Shown here: positions 21,129 to 30,071 of the stretch, one piece after another
Layout: each line of letters starts with the position of its first letter
Numbering within the stretch: position 1 is the stretch's first letter
Origin: an uncultured Nitrospiraceae bacterium
Lineage (GTDB): Bacteria > Nitrospirota > Thermodesulfovibrionia > Thermodesulfovibrionales > UBA6898
DNA length: 64,000 bases
Assembly: GCA_963811165.1 (NCBI GenBank)
Contig: CAWEQH010000010.1
Span: 672,001 to 736,000, forward strand
Reading direction: 5' to 3'
The notes under the pieces: generated by a model
The model's database searches: none
Seen by the model: the letters and a program-made list of their open reading frames with translations, nothing else
What the model was told of the DNA's origin: nothing
Made by a program: the position numbers and the translations under genes

Positions 21129-23380
21129 CAGGCGGAAAAATCGAACACCAATTTTTCTTCCATGAGCCCGATATGGACGCTCCCGCCTTTCTTAAGCCTG
21201 CCAAACAATACCTCGTCCGAAAGCACGTCCTTTATCTCTGTCTGTATGAGACGGGCGAGAGGTCTGGCGCCGTACATTGTGTCGTGTCCCTTTGATGCAA
21301 GCCAGTCGGTGGCATCGTCCGAAAGGGTAATCTTTACGTTCTTCTGTGTGAGCTGGCCCCGAAGTTCATCGATGAACTTTATCACAACCTGCCTCATGAT
21401 CCCCTGCGTAAGCGGATTGAACGTAATGATGCCGTCGAGCCTGTTCCTGAATTCAGGGCTGAAGAGTTTTGTTATCGCCTCCTTGCTCTTTGACCTGGTG
21501 TCGCTGCTTCTGTCGCCGAACCCTATCACTTCCCGGACAATGTCCTTCGCGCCGGCGTTTGAGGTCATGATGAGTATTACGTTTCTGAAATCCGCCTTTT
21601 TCCCGTTATTGTCCGTGAGAGTGGCGTAGTCCATCACCTGAAGCAATATGCTGAAGATATCAGGATGGGCCTTCTCCACCTCGTCCAGCAAAAGGACGCT
21701 GTAAGGGCTCCTTCGTATCGCCTCCGTAAGAAGGCCGGCCTGGTCAAAACCCACGTATCCCGGCGGAGCCCCTATCAGGCGGGCCACTGTATGCTTCTCC
21801 ATATACTCAGACATATCGAATCTGATAAATTTAACGCCCAGGACGGATGCCATCTGTTTCGACACCTCTGTCTTTCCGACGCCCGTAGGACCAGAAAAGA
21901 GGAAGGAGCCGATCGGCCGTTCAGGCGCGCCCAGGCCGGCGCGGTTCCTCTTTATCGCGGCAGAAAGAGAATGGATCGCGCTGTCCTGCCCGAATACCGC
22001 CCTTTTGAGCTCATCTTCGAGGTTCCTGAGCTTCTCCATGTCCGAAGTCGAGACTGTCCGGGAAGGTATCCTCGCCATCTTCGCCACGATCTTTTCGATC
22101 TCCTTGGTGCCTACGACCTTTTTGTTCTTAAAGGCCGGCGAGAGTTTAAGCACCGCCCCCGCCTCATCGATCACATCTATTGCCTTATCCGGCAGGAATT
22201 TGTCGTTTATGTATTTTGCAGAAAGCTCCCCGGCCGCCCTCAGTGCGCCTTCAGTGAATTTGACCTCGTGGAAGGCCTCGTAATGCGACTTGAGTCCTCC
22301 CAGGATCTCAATCGTTTCCTTAATAGAAGGCTCCTTTATCTCGATCTTCTGAAAACGCCTCGAAAGCGCCCTGTCCTTCTCGAAATAATTCTTGTACTCC
22401 TCGTAGGTGCTGGCACCGATGCAGCGCAGCCTGCCTGAATTGAGGACCGGTTTAAGGATATTGGAGGCGTCCATGGACCCGCCGCTCGTAGCTCCCGCCC
22501 CGACGACCGTATGGATCTCGTCGATAAAAAGTATCGCCCCCGGGATCTTCTCAAGCCTGCCGATAGTAGATTTCAGCCTCGCCTCAAAATCACCCCGGTA
22601 TTTCGTACCGGCAAGGAGCGCGCCCATGTCGAGCGAAAAAATCTGCGCCTCCCTGAGCGACCCGGGCACCTTACCCTCATGGATCTCCTGGGCAAGCCCC
22701 TCGACTATCGCCGTCTTCCCCACCCCGGGCTCACCCACGAAGATGACATTGTTCTTCTTTCTCCTGCTCAGCACCTGGACCGTCCTTTCGAGCTCGGCCT
22801 TTCGGCCGACAAGGGGATCGATCTCGCCGCGGGCGGCCTTTGCGGTAAGGTCCACGGTAAAGCTCTCAAGCGGGTCCTTTTTCCCCTGCCGTTCGGACTC
22901 GGGGCGTACTGACTCCGCATCATCAGGGCCCTCCTCGGCGTCTTGCGACGCCTCATCCATCCCATGCGAGATATAATTCAGTACATCGATACGCTTGATG
23001 CCCTGCGAATGGAGCAGATAGACCGCATGCGAATCTTCCTCAAGCAGCAATGATGCAAGGATATCGCCTGCGTCCGTCTCTTCCTTTGAAGCGGACTCGC
23101 TATGAAGAAGTGCCCTCTGAAATACCTTTTGAAAACCGACTGTCGGCTGGGGAAAAAGTGTCGACCCCTCTGCTGTCTTCGGCACACTTTCGTCGAAATA
23201 TCCGTCGATGGAAGCCTTCAGCTCCGATACGTCCCCCCCGCACGCCGTGATAATATCGGCGCCGAGCTCATCATGAAGCACTGCGTAAAGGATGTGCTCC
23301 ACGGTCAGGTACTCATGACTGCGGGTCTTGGCGTCCCTGATCATCGCCTCTATCGTCAATTCAAATTCCTTGTTAATCAT
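21128..23380 (-). CDS. clpA: ATP-dependent Clp protease ATP-binding subunit ClpA
   Basis: Two AAA+ modules (GEPGVGKT, GPTGVGKT), no M domain, IGF loop; follows clpS. Confidence 0.95.
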   Translation of the reverse strand: MINKEFELTIEAMIRDAKTRSHEYLTVEHILYAVLHDELGADIITACGGDVSELKASIDGYFDESVPKTAEGSTLFPQPTVGFQKVFQRALLHSESASKEETDAGDILASLLLEEDSHAVYLLHSQGIKRIDVLNYISHGMDEASQDAEEGPDDAESVRPESERQGKKDPLESFTVDLTAKAARGEIDPLVGRKAELERTVQVLSRRKKNNVIFVGEPGVGKTAIVEGLAQEIHEGKVPGSLREAQIFSLDMGALLAGTKYRGDFEARLKSTIGRLEKIPGAILFIDEIHTVVGAGATSGGSMDASNILKPVLNSGRLRCIGASTYEEYKNYFEKDRALSRRFQKIEIKEPSIKETIEILGGLKSHYEAFHEVKFTEGALRAAGELSAKYINDKFLPDKAIDVIDEAGAVLKLSPAFKNKKVVGTKEIEKIVAKMARIPSRTVSTSDMEKLRNLEDELKRAVFGQDSAIHSLSAAIKRNRAGLGAPERPIGSFLFSGPTGVGKTEVSKQMASVLGVKFIRFDMSEYMEKHTVARLIGAPPGYVGFDQAGLLTEAIRRSPYSVLLLDEVEKAHPDIFSILLQVMDYATLTDNNGKKADFRNVILIMTSNAGAKDIVREVIGFGDRSSDTRSKSKEAITKLFSPEFRNRLDGIITFNPLTQGIMRQVVIKFIDELRGQLTQKNVKITLSDDATDWLASKGHDTMYGARPLARLIQTEIKDVLSDEVLFGRLKKGGSVHIGLMEEKLVFDFSA

Positions 23381-23691
23381 TCTCTCTCCATTTCACATCT
23401 GAGCGGGTATTCGTTCTCCCTTGCGAGGTCGTGCACCTCGGAGATCTTCGTTTCGGCGATGTCCCTTGCGTACACGCCCGCCAACCCTCTTCCTTTTTTG
23501 TGCACATGAAGCATTATCCTCGTGGCCTCAACAGGGTCCTTGCGAAAAACGTTTTCGAGCACATGGACGACAAAGTCCATTGTCGTATAGTCGTCGTTCA
23601 GGAGGAAGACCTTGTAAAGATGGGGCCTCTCAGACTTCAGCCTCTCCTTTACGTCGACTTGCTCCCCGGGTTTAACCCCGCCGTTTCCCAT
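23377..23691 (-). CDS. clpS: Clp protease adaptor ClpS
   Basis: YKVFLLNDDYTTMDFVV...IMLHVH...YPLRC. Confidence 0.96.
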   Translation of the reverse strand: MGNGGVKPGEQVDVKERLKSERPHLYKVFLLNDDYTTMDFVVHVLENVFRKDPVEATRIMLHVHKKGRGLAGVYARDIAETKISEVHDLARENEYPLRCEMERE

Positions 23692-23794
23692 TCCGGTTCA
23701 ATTCCCTTCAGATGTTCCGTTTATTCCTTTTTTATATTTTACCATATAACGTCTTTGACTAAGATTGTATGGTTAGCAGGATATTAATAGAGTC

Positions 23795-24241
23795 GGGGCG
23801 TCGCCCCGTACCCCAGCTGCCTTTCTTGCCGACCAAGAAATGTAGCCGAAAGAAGTCCGACGAAAATTTTATACGGCTGCGCCGGTTGTCCTCGGTACAT
23901 TTTCGAACTCGCCCCTAACATCGGTGCTCAGACATGGGAAAATGCTTAACCCTGCGGGCGTCTGTGCTCACCTAAATTTTCGAAGGGGGTTTAAAGACTA
24001 AAAGCATTTCAAAAGGTAATTGTATTATGTACTAATGGGGCCCCTTTTAAAATTTAGGTTTCCGACCGAGGTCAAGCGTAAAAAATTGTAGACTGTCTGA
24101 GCTCCGGATTCCGGAGCGAGTTTCTACAATTTAGTGAGACCGACCAGAGGAAACCGTTAAGAATTTTATCTGGGGTGCGTACTTTTGGGCACTTTTCATT
24201 CGCATCAATGAAAAGCGCCCGGGTATAAGGGGCGGAGCCCC
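23795..24241. repeat. Two diverged ~200-bp structured repeat units in inverted orientation
   Basis: 23795-23989 and the reverse complement of 24041-24241 share ordered blocks: GGGGC..CGCCCC..TACCC, AACTCGC..GCTCAGACA, ACCTAAATTTT..AAGGGG. Confidence 0.65.
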
Positions 24242-24355
24242 TTTTTCGCCTGCGGAGAAGCTCCGCCCATTCCCTATTGATCGGATGTGCGTTATCATAG
24301 AGCATCAATAATCGAAATCATTCGCCTGATTTAATTAATCATAGAAGGAGATAAC

Positions 24356-25723
24356 TTGACGGACAAAGCGCCTCTTTATAACCTTACGATAGGAAACCTA
24401 TGGGAGAACATCTGGCGCACCTCATGGCCCATGTTCCTCACTATGGTTTTCACCTTTTTGGTCGGATTTACCGATGTCTATGTCGCGGGGTTCATAGGAC
24501 CCGAGGTGCAGGCCGCCGTGGGTTTCGTGAGCCAGTTTTACTTTCTTATTACGATAGTCGCAAACGCGATAAGCATCGGCACGCTGACGCTTGTTTCGAG
24601 GGCAATGGGCGCAGGCGACGATAAAAAGGCGATTGAAATCGCGAGACAGTCCCTGCTTTTCAGCATCGCCGTGGCCGCCGGCATCACCTCCGGCTGCTTC
24701 TTGTTCTACAGGGAGATAATCGCCTTTGCCGGCTTTCCGGAGGGCACAAGGGAAATGGCAGAACGGTTCCTCAGGATATTTGCCCTCTCGCTGGGACCAA
24801 ACTATATCCTGATAATTTCGAATGCGGTCTTCAGGGCGTCAGGCGAGGTGAAGAAACCGCTGTTTACGATGTTCCTTGTAAGCCTCATCAATATCGCAGG
24901 CGATTTCGCGCTCGTCTTCGGCATATTTCCATTTCCTCACATGGGGTACATCGGCATAGCGATCTCGACTGCGGCATCCGTCACCGCCGGAATGGCCGTC
25001 AGTCTTGGACTGTTTACTGTAGGATGGTGGCGTTCTTTTTATTCCCGCCCCTGGACCCTCTCCTACAATGTGGTCTTTAAGATCGCAAGGATCGGCTGGC
25101 CCGCGGCAATGCTTCAGATCGCATGGAATGCAGGCACGATCGTCTTGTATAATATCCTCGGTCGTCTCGGACCGGCGAGCATCCCGGCCCTGGCCTCGAT
25201 CACCAACGGGATGAGGATTGAGGCGATCATTTACCTGCCGGCCTTCGCACTTAATATGGCCGCCTCCGTACTGGTCGGGCAGAACCTTGGCGCAGGCAGG
25301 GCAGACCGTGCTGCGCAGGCGGGATGGAAGATAGCAAAGGCCTGCGTCCTTATTATAAGCCTTATGGCGGTACCTATCTTCATATGGGCCGAACAGTTCG
25401 CCTCCCTGCTTACAAAGAACCAGGCCGTCCTTGCGGAAACGGCCCGTTATCTTCGGTTCAACATGCTCTCTGAACCCTTCATGGCATTGAGTGCAATCCT
25501 GGGAGGAGGCCTTCAGGGGGCCGGAGATACGCGTGGGACGATGTGGGTGATCATTATTTCGATGTGGTTCATCAGACTGCCCCTAGCATATTCGCTGGCG
25601 CTTGTTATGGGCCATGGGGCCACAGGGGTCTGGACCGCCATGATTACGTCCATGGCCTTTCAGGGCATACTCATGTCGCTTCGGTTTCAGCAGGGACACT
25701 GGAAAAAACTCGGGTTCGATTAA
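24356..25723 (+). CDS. MATE family efflux transporter
   Basis: 12-TM pattern, SWPM...D...G; VGQNLGAG; GGLQGAGDT. Confidence 0.92.
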   Translation: MTDKAPLYNLTIGNLWENIWRTSWPMFLTMVFTFLVGFTDVYVAGFIGPEVQAAVGFVSQFYFLITIVANAISIGTLTLVSRAMGAGDDKKAIEIARQSLLFSIAVAAGITSGCFLFYREIIAFAGFPEGTREMAERFLRIFALSLGPNYILIISNAVFRASGEVKKPLFTMFLVSLINIAGDFALVFGIFPFPHMGYIGIAISTAASVTAGMAVSLGLFTVGWWRSFYSRPWTLSYNVVFKIARIGWPAAMLQIAWNAGTIVLYNILGRLGPASIPALASITNGMRIEAIIYLPAFALNMAASVLVGQNLGAGRADRAAQAGWKIAKACVLIISLMAVPIFIWAEQFASLLTKNQAVLAETARYLRFNMLSEPFMALSAILGGGLQGAGDTRGTMWVIIISMWFIRLPLAYSLALVMGHGATGVWTAMITSMAFQGILMSLRFQQGHWKKLGFD

Positions 25724-25736
25724 ACTATAAAGTAAG

Positions 25737-26951
25737 ATGCTGAGACTATTCAATACATACGGAAAAAAGATCGTTCCCTTCCGGCCGGTCAACAATAAAG
25801 TCACCACCGTATTCACCTGCGGCCCCTCGGTCTACCAGCGGTCGCATATCGGCAATTTCAGGACCTTTCTGTTTGAGGACGTACTTGTTCGCTACCTCGA
25901 ATATTCAGGGCACAAAGTGGTCAGGGGGATGACCGTCACAGACATAGAAGACAAGGCGATAGAAGAGGCGGCAAAAAACGGGACGACCGTCAGGCGCCTC
26001 ACCGATGAAAATCTAAAGGTATTCATCGGGGAGATGAAACTCCTTAAGATGAAAAGGCCCGATTTCCTTCCAAGGGCATCGGAGAATATAAAAGAGGCCG
26101 TCGAGATAATCAGGCGGCTTCTTTCACGCAGTATTGCCTACAGGCATGGGGGGAACGTCTATTTCGACCCGACAAAGTTTCGGGGGTTCGGAAGTCTTTA
26201 TGGACTCGACATGACGAAATGGCCCTCTAAGAGAATGAGGTTCCACAAAGATACCTATCCGGGCATGAGGTGGAACCTCGGGGACTTCATCCTCTGGCAC
26301 GGATACAGGCCGGGCGACGGGGACCACTGGGAGACGGCAATAGGCAGGGGAAGACCTTCATGGAACGTGCAGGACCCGAGCATGATAAGTAGATATTTCA
26401 ACGAAACCCTTTCCATCTACTGCGGCGGCATCGACAATCTTGTCCGGCACCATGACTATTCGAAGGCGGTCCTGGAATCGGTGCGGAGATATCCCATGGC
26501 GCGGTTTTGGCTCCACTGTCGTCACCTGCTGGTTGAGGGGCGGAAGATGTCTAAAAGCAGAGGGAACATCGTCTACCCCGAAACCCTGCTTAAACAAGGG
26601 TACAGTCCCGAGGAGATCAGGTTTTTCCTTGTCTGCGGCCATTATCGCAAAGACCTCAACTATTGCGAGCAAAGTATTAAGTCGGCCGTTTCGGCACTAA
26701 GGGAGATAAAGAAAAAGGTTGCAGAAATTCGGAAGAAGGCAGGCGTGTCCCGTCCCGATCAGACGATTACCGGAAAGGTCGAAGAGATTTTCAGCAAAGG
26801 GATGGACAACGACCTCGATGCAGCAGCCGCCTTCGACGGACTTCGCGAGATGCTGTCCCGAGACTATATAGAGCGCTTAAGCCCCAAAGAGGCTTCGGGC
26901 GTCGTCGCCGGCATGAAGGAGATCGACAAGGTCTTCAGGGTCATCTTTTAG
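25737..26951 (+). CDS. Cysteinyl-tRNA synthetase-like protein (paralog; anticodon-binding domain absent)
   Basis: CGPSVY...HIGN, TDIEDK, DFILW, GRPSW and KMSKS motifs; 404 aa, ending after the DNDLD helical region. Confidence 0.8.
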   Translation: MLRLFNTYGKKIVPFRPVNNKVTTVFTCGPSVYQRSHIGNFRTFLFEDVLVRYLEYSGHKVVRGMTVTDIEDKAIEEAAKNGTTVRRLTDENLKVFIGEMKLLKMKRPDFLPRASENIKEAVEIIRRLLSRSIAYRHGGNVYFDPTKFRGFGSLYGLDMTKWPSKRMRFHKDTYPGMRWNLGDFILWHGYRPGDGDHWETAIGRGRPSWNVQDPSMISRYFNETLSIYCGGIDNLVRHHDYSKAVLESVRRYPMARFWLHCRHLLVEGRKMSKSRGNIVYPETLLKQGYSPEEIRFFLVCGHYRKDLNYCEQSIKSAVSALREIKKKVAEIRKKAGVSRPDQTITGKVEEIFSKGMDNDLDAAAAFDGLREMLSRDYIERLSPKEASGVVAGMKEIDKVFRVIF

Positions 26952-26952
26952 A

Positions 26953-28509
26953 ATGCTTCTCATTTATCCGCCCGTTTCGAAACCGTCCGAACCCCCGGCT
27001 GGCCTGGCAAAACTCTCGGCCGCGCTGAAGGCCCACGGCATTGGGCACAGGGCCGTCGACGCCAATATCGAAGGGCTTCTATGGCTTTTGGGAGAGTCGT
27101 CCTTGCGGCCTAAGGAGGGACTCGATACCTGGACCAGACGGTCAGTTCGCAATCTCCCTAAAAACCTGTCTCTGTTGAAAGACCTCGCCACGTATCGCAC
27201 GTTTGACCGTTATAAACGGGCCGTTAAAGACCTTAACCGCGTCATCGAATTCTCATCGGAAGGGGCGGGCGCAAAGGCAGGCCTTTCGGACTTTCAGCAC
27301 GCAGGGCTTTCGCCTGTAAGAAGCGCTGATCTTATATACGCCGCTTCGCATCCGGAGCAAAACCCGTTTTTTAGATATTTCAGGGACCGTCTCGCAGAGC
27401 TCTTTACGGAGTCTCAGCCCTCTTTTGTCGGGTTCTCGCTTAATTACTTCAGCCAGGCCCTGACAACATTTTCAATGATAGGACTCGTTAAAAAAATGCT
27501 GCCGGGGGCCGCCGTGATACTAGGGGGCGGTCTTGTAACTTCGTGGATGCAGGGGCCTTCCTGGAAGGACCCTTTCCACGGTCTCATAGACCATCTCGTG
27601 GCAGGACCCGGAGAAGAGGCCCTTATTACGATTGCAGGCCAAGGATCAAAGAGCACGCTGCACGTCACTCCGGACTATACGCCCTTTTGCGGCCATGGGT
27701 ATATTTCACCGGGGTTTATTCTCCCCTACAGCGCCTCAAGCGGATGCTACTGGAGGAAGTGCTCCTTCTGTCCTGAGACCGCAGAAGACAATCCTTACTC
27801 GCCCGTACCTGGAGACATGGTAATCTCCGATCTGGAGAGTCTCATACATAAGACAAAGCCTGTCTTGGTCCACCTCCTTGATAACGCGGTAGGCGCATCT
27901 CTTATGAAGTCGCTGCAGAAAAACCCGCCCGGCGTGCCCTGGTATGGATTTGCACGGATCGACCGGCAGCTCACTGACCTTGATTTCTGTATCTCTCTCA
28001 GGCGTTCCGGCTGTGTCATGCTGAAACTCGGCCTGGAATCAGGGGACCAGGCCGTGCTCGACAGGATGCATAAGGGGATCGACCTGGGGACAGCGTCCCT
28101 TGCACTTAAAACACTTAAGAAGGCAGGTATCGGGACTTACGTCTACCTCCTTTTCGGCACCCCGGAAGAGACTGAGGCCGGGGCCGGAAAAACACTCGAT
28201 TTCGTCATAAGACACAAGGGAGAGATAAGTTTCCTGAACCTCGCGATATTCAATATGCCGCTGAGCACTGCTATCTCCGGGGACTTCGAAAGAAGTAGTT
28301 TTTACGAAGGCGACCTATCACTCTATACGGACTTTTCGCACCCGGCAGGCTGGGACCGCAGGTCGGTAAGAAAATTTCTTGAGGACGAATTCAAAAAACA
28401 TACGGCCGTGGCATCCATAATTAAGAAAGACCCGCCGTTTTTTACCTCAAACCATGCGCCATTTTTTCTGCCGTCTGTCGGCTGGGTTATCACAGCTCCG
28501 ACTCCGTAA
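26953..28509 (+). CDS. Radical SAM protein with a B12-binding-like N-terminal region
   Basis: GCYWRKCSFC CxxxCxxC motif; N-terminal LLIYPP...PPAGLAKL; ILGGG; LGLESG; FGTPEET. Confidence 0.85.
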   Translation: MLLIYPPVSKPSEPPAGLAKLSAALKAHGIGHRAVDANIEGLLWLLGESSLRPKEGLDTWTRRSVRNLPKNLSLLKDLATYRTFDRYKRAVKDLNRVIEFSSEGAGAKAGLSDFQHAGLSPVRSADLIYAASHPEQNPFFRYFRDRLAELFTESQPSFVGFSLNYFSQALTTFSMIGLVKKMLPGAAVILGGGLVTSWMQGPSWKDPFHGLIDHLVAGPGEEALITIAGQGSKSTLHVTPDYTPFCGHGYISPGFILPYSASSGCYWRKCSFCPETAEDNPYSPVPGDMVISDLESLIHKTKPVLVHLLDNAVGASLMKSLQKNPPGVPWYGFARIDRQLTDLDFCISLRRSGCVMLKLGLESGDQAVLDRMHKGIDLGTASLALKTLKKAGIGTYVYLLFGTPEETEAGAGKTLDFVIRHKGEISFLNLAIFNMPLSTAISGDFERSSFYEGDLSLYTDFSHPAGWDRRSVRKFLEDEFKKHTAVASIIKKDPPFFTSNHAPFFLPSVGWVITAPTP

Positions 28510-28625
28510 TCCTTCAATCGCGGGGTTACATCTTCACTGTCCCTAACTCCGATATTTGCCGATAGTTGCCATTGACATTGATTCTCTTTTGGCATATATT
28601 TGGTTATTTATAGGTTATAGGTGAG

Positions 28626-28910
28626 ATGATGCAAACGGCATTTACCGCACAAAGAAGACACCAACGACAGCTTCATAAGGAGACCCTGGAGATAATCGTG
28701 CCCTCTCATCCCCAAAATAGGCCCCTCATCGCAATAAGCTCCAACATCAGCGACGGCGGCGTCTGCTTATATACCTTTAAACCCCTTGCAGAAGGAGAAG
28801 AGATAATATTCAAAAGCGCCCTTCCCTTTCCCCACCAAAAGGCGGCGGTCAGATGGGTGAGGCAGTGTAACCCAACTATCTACAAGGCAGGAGTGCAATT
28901 CTCTGCGTGA
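28626..28910 (+). CDS. Single-domain PilZ protein
   Basis: RRHQR (RxxxR) and NISDGGV (D/NxSxxG) motifs; VRW. Confidence 0.8.
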   Translation: MMQTAFTAQRRHQRQLHKETLEIIVPSHPQNRPLIAISSNISDGGVCLYTFKPLAEGEEIIFKSALPFPHQKAAVRWVRQCNPTIYKAGVQFSA

Positions 28911-28939
28911 TATGTCCGCAGTGGTAATACACGATCTTT

Positions 28940-29680
28940 TTATCTCTTAAAAAAGCCGTTATTGCGGCTGTCGAAAATCTCCCTTGCCATAAGGTCCTCT
29001 ATAAAAAACTTTATGGTGCCGGCATCTTCTTCGGTAAGTCCCTGGAACTTAATCGCCATCCCCGGCGGCAGGGTCAAAAGATCGCCGAAGAGCTTTTTTG
29101 TATAAATAACGTTCCCTTTCGCCCGGATCTCGCCCCTTTCTCCGAGGTCGCACTTCACCGCCACTTCAGAGCCCACAGGCAACGGGTCCTCTTTGATTAC
29201 ATACATTCCGCCTTCTGAAAGGGTCTCCGTATAAAGCGCATATTCGGTCCCCTGATGAGTGAGCACCACCTTTCCACTAAATGGGGCCCTGAGGTATTTC
29301 CTGCTGGTGCCCTTGCACGCAAAAAAACACCTCTGGAGGGATTTATGCAGTTGGTCGATCTTCAAGGGTTTCGTAAGGTAGTCGTAGCAGCCCAGTTCCC
29401 TGCACTTGTCCATCGTCTCGACATCGGCATCGTAGGAAACCATAATAACCGGCATCTGCGCCGTCTGTCTGTCTTCTCTGATTGCCCGCAAGGCGGTAAG
29501 ACCGTCCATCACCTTCATATGGAGATCGAGAATGGCGAGATCGGTCCTGGAGAGCTTCAAAAGACGCAACACCTCAAGGCCGTTTTCAGCCGGCATGACC
29601 TTGAAGTCGAATCTCTTCAGAAGCAACCCCAGATACATCAGGAAGGTCTTATTATCATCCGCTATAATGATTTTTTTCAT
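28940..29680 (-). CDS. Response regulator with C-terminal PilZ domain
   Basis: IIIADD...ILDLHM..MDG...YLTKP receiver; RKYLR...TLSEGGM PilZ. Confidence 0.85.
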   Translation of the reverse strand: MKKIIIADDNKTFLMYLGLLLKRFDFKVMPAENGLEVLRLLKLSRTDLAILDLHMKVMDGLTALRAIREDRQTAQMPVIMVSYDADVETMDKCRELGCYDYLTKPLKIDQLHKSLQRCFFACKGTSRKYLRAPFSGKVVLTHQGTEYALYTETLSEGGMYVIKEDPLPVGSEVAVKCDLGERGEIRAKGNVIYTKKLFGDLLTLPPGMAIKFQGLTEEDAGTIKFFIEDLMAREIFDSRNNGFFKR

Positions 29681-29816
29681 CGCAGCTTTCCCCTTTGATC
29701 CCCCTTAAAATAAACTGTCTGATTTTATTATCTGCCCCGACTAATGTCAACAAAATTTCGCAAAAAAATTTCACCGCCTTCGGTAAGGCTCAGTTATGGA
29801 TCAGAAGGCACTGACT

Positions 29817-29962
29817 GTCATTCCGGCAGTGTGTTGAGCCGGAATCCAGTGACGTGGCCTTAAAGTCGCTGGATGCCGGATCAGGTCCGGCATGACCATA
29901 CAAGCAAAGCATGCCCCGGTGAAAACCGGGGTCCCTGGATGCCGGATCAAGTCCGGCATGAC
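29817..29962. repeat. REP cluster (GTCATTCCGG.../...CCGGCATGAC family)
   Basis: CTGGATGCCGGATCARGTCCGGCATGAC at 29869-29896 and 29935-29962, plus an inverted unit at 29817; same family as inside the MITE at 20305-20386. Confidence 0.75.
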
Positions 29963-30071
29963 GGCATACATAACATAATCTTACTCGTAACTGAAGCCGT
30001 ACCCGTGTATTCAACTGCTGTGTCTTCATAACCCATATCTGAATGGATACTGCCTTCGTCAATACCACGGG

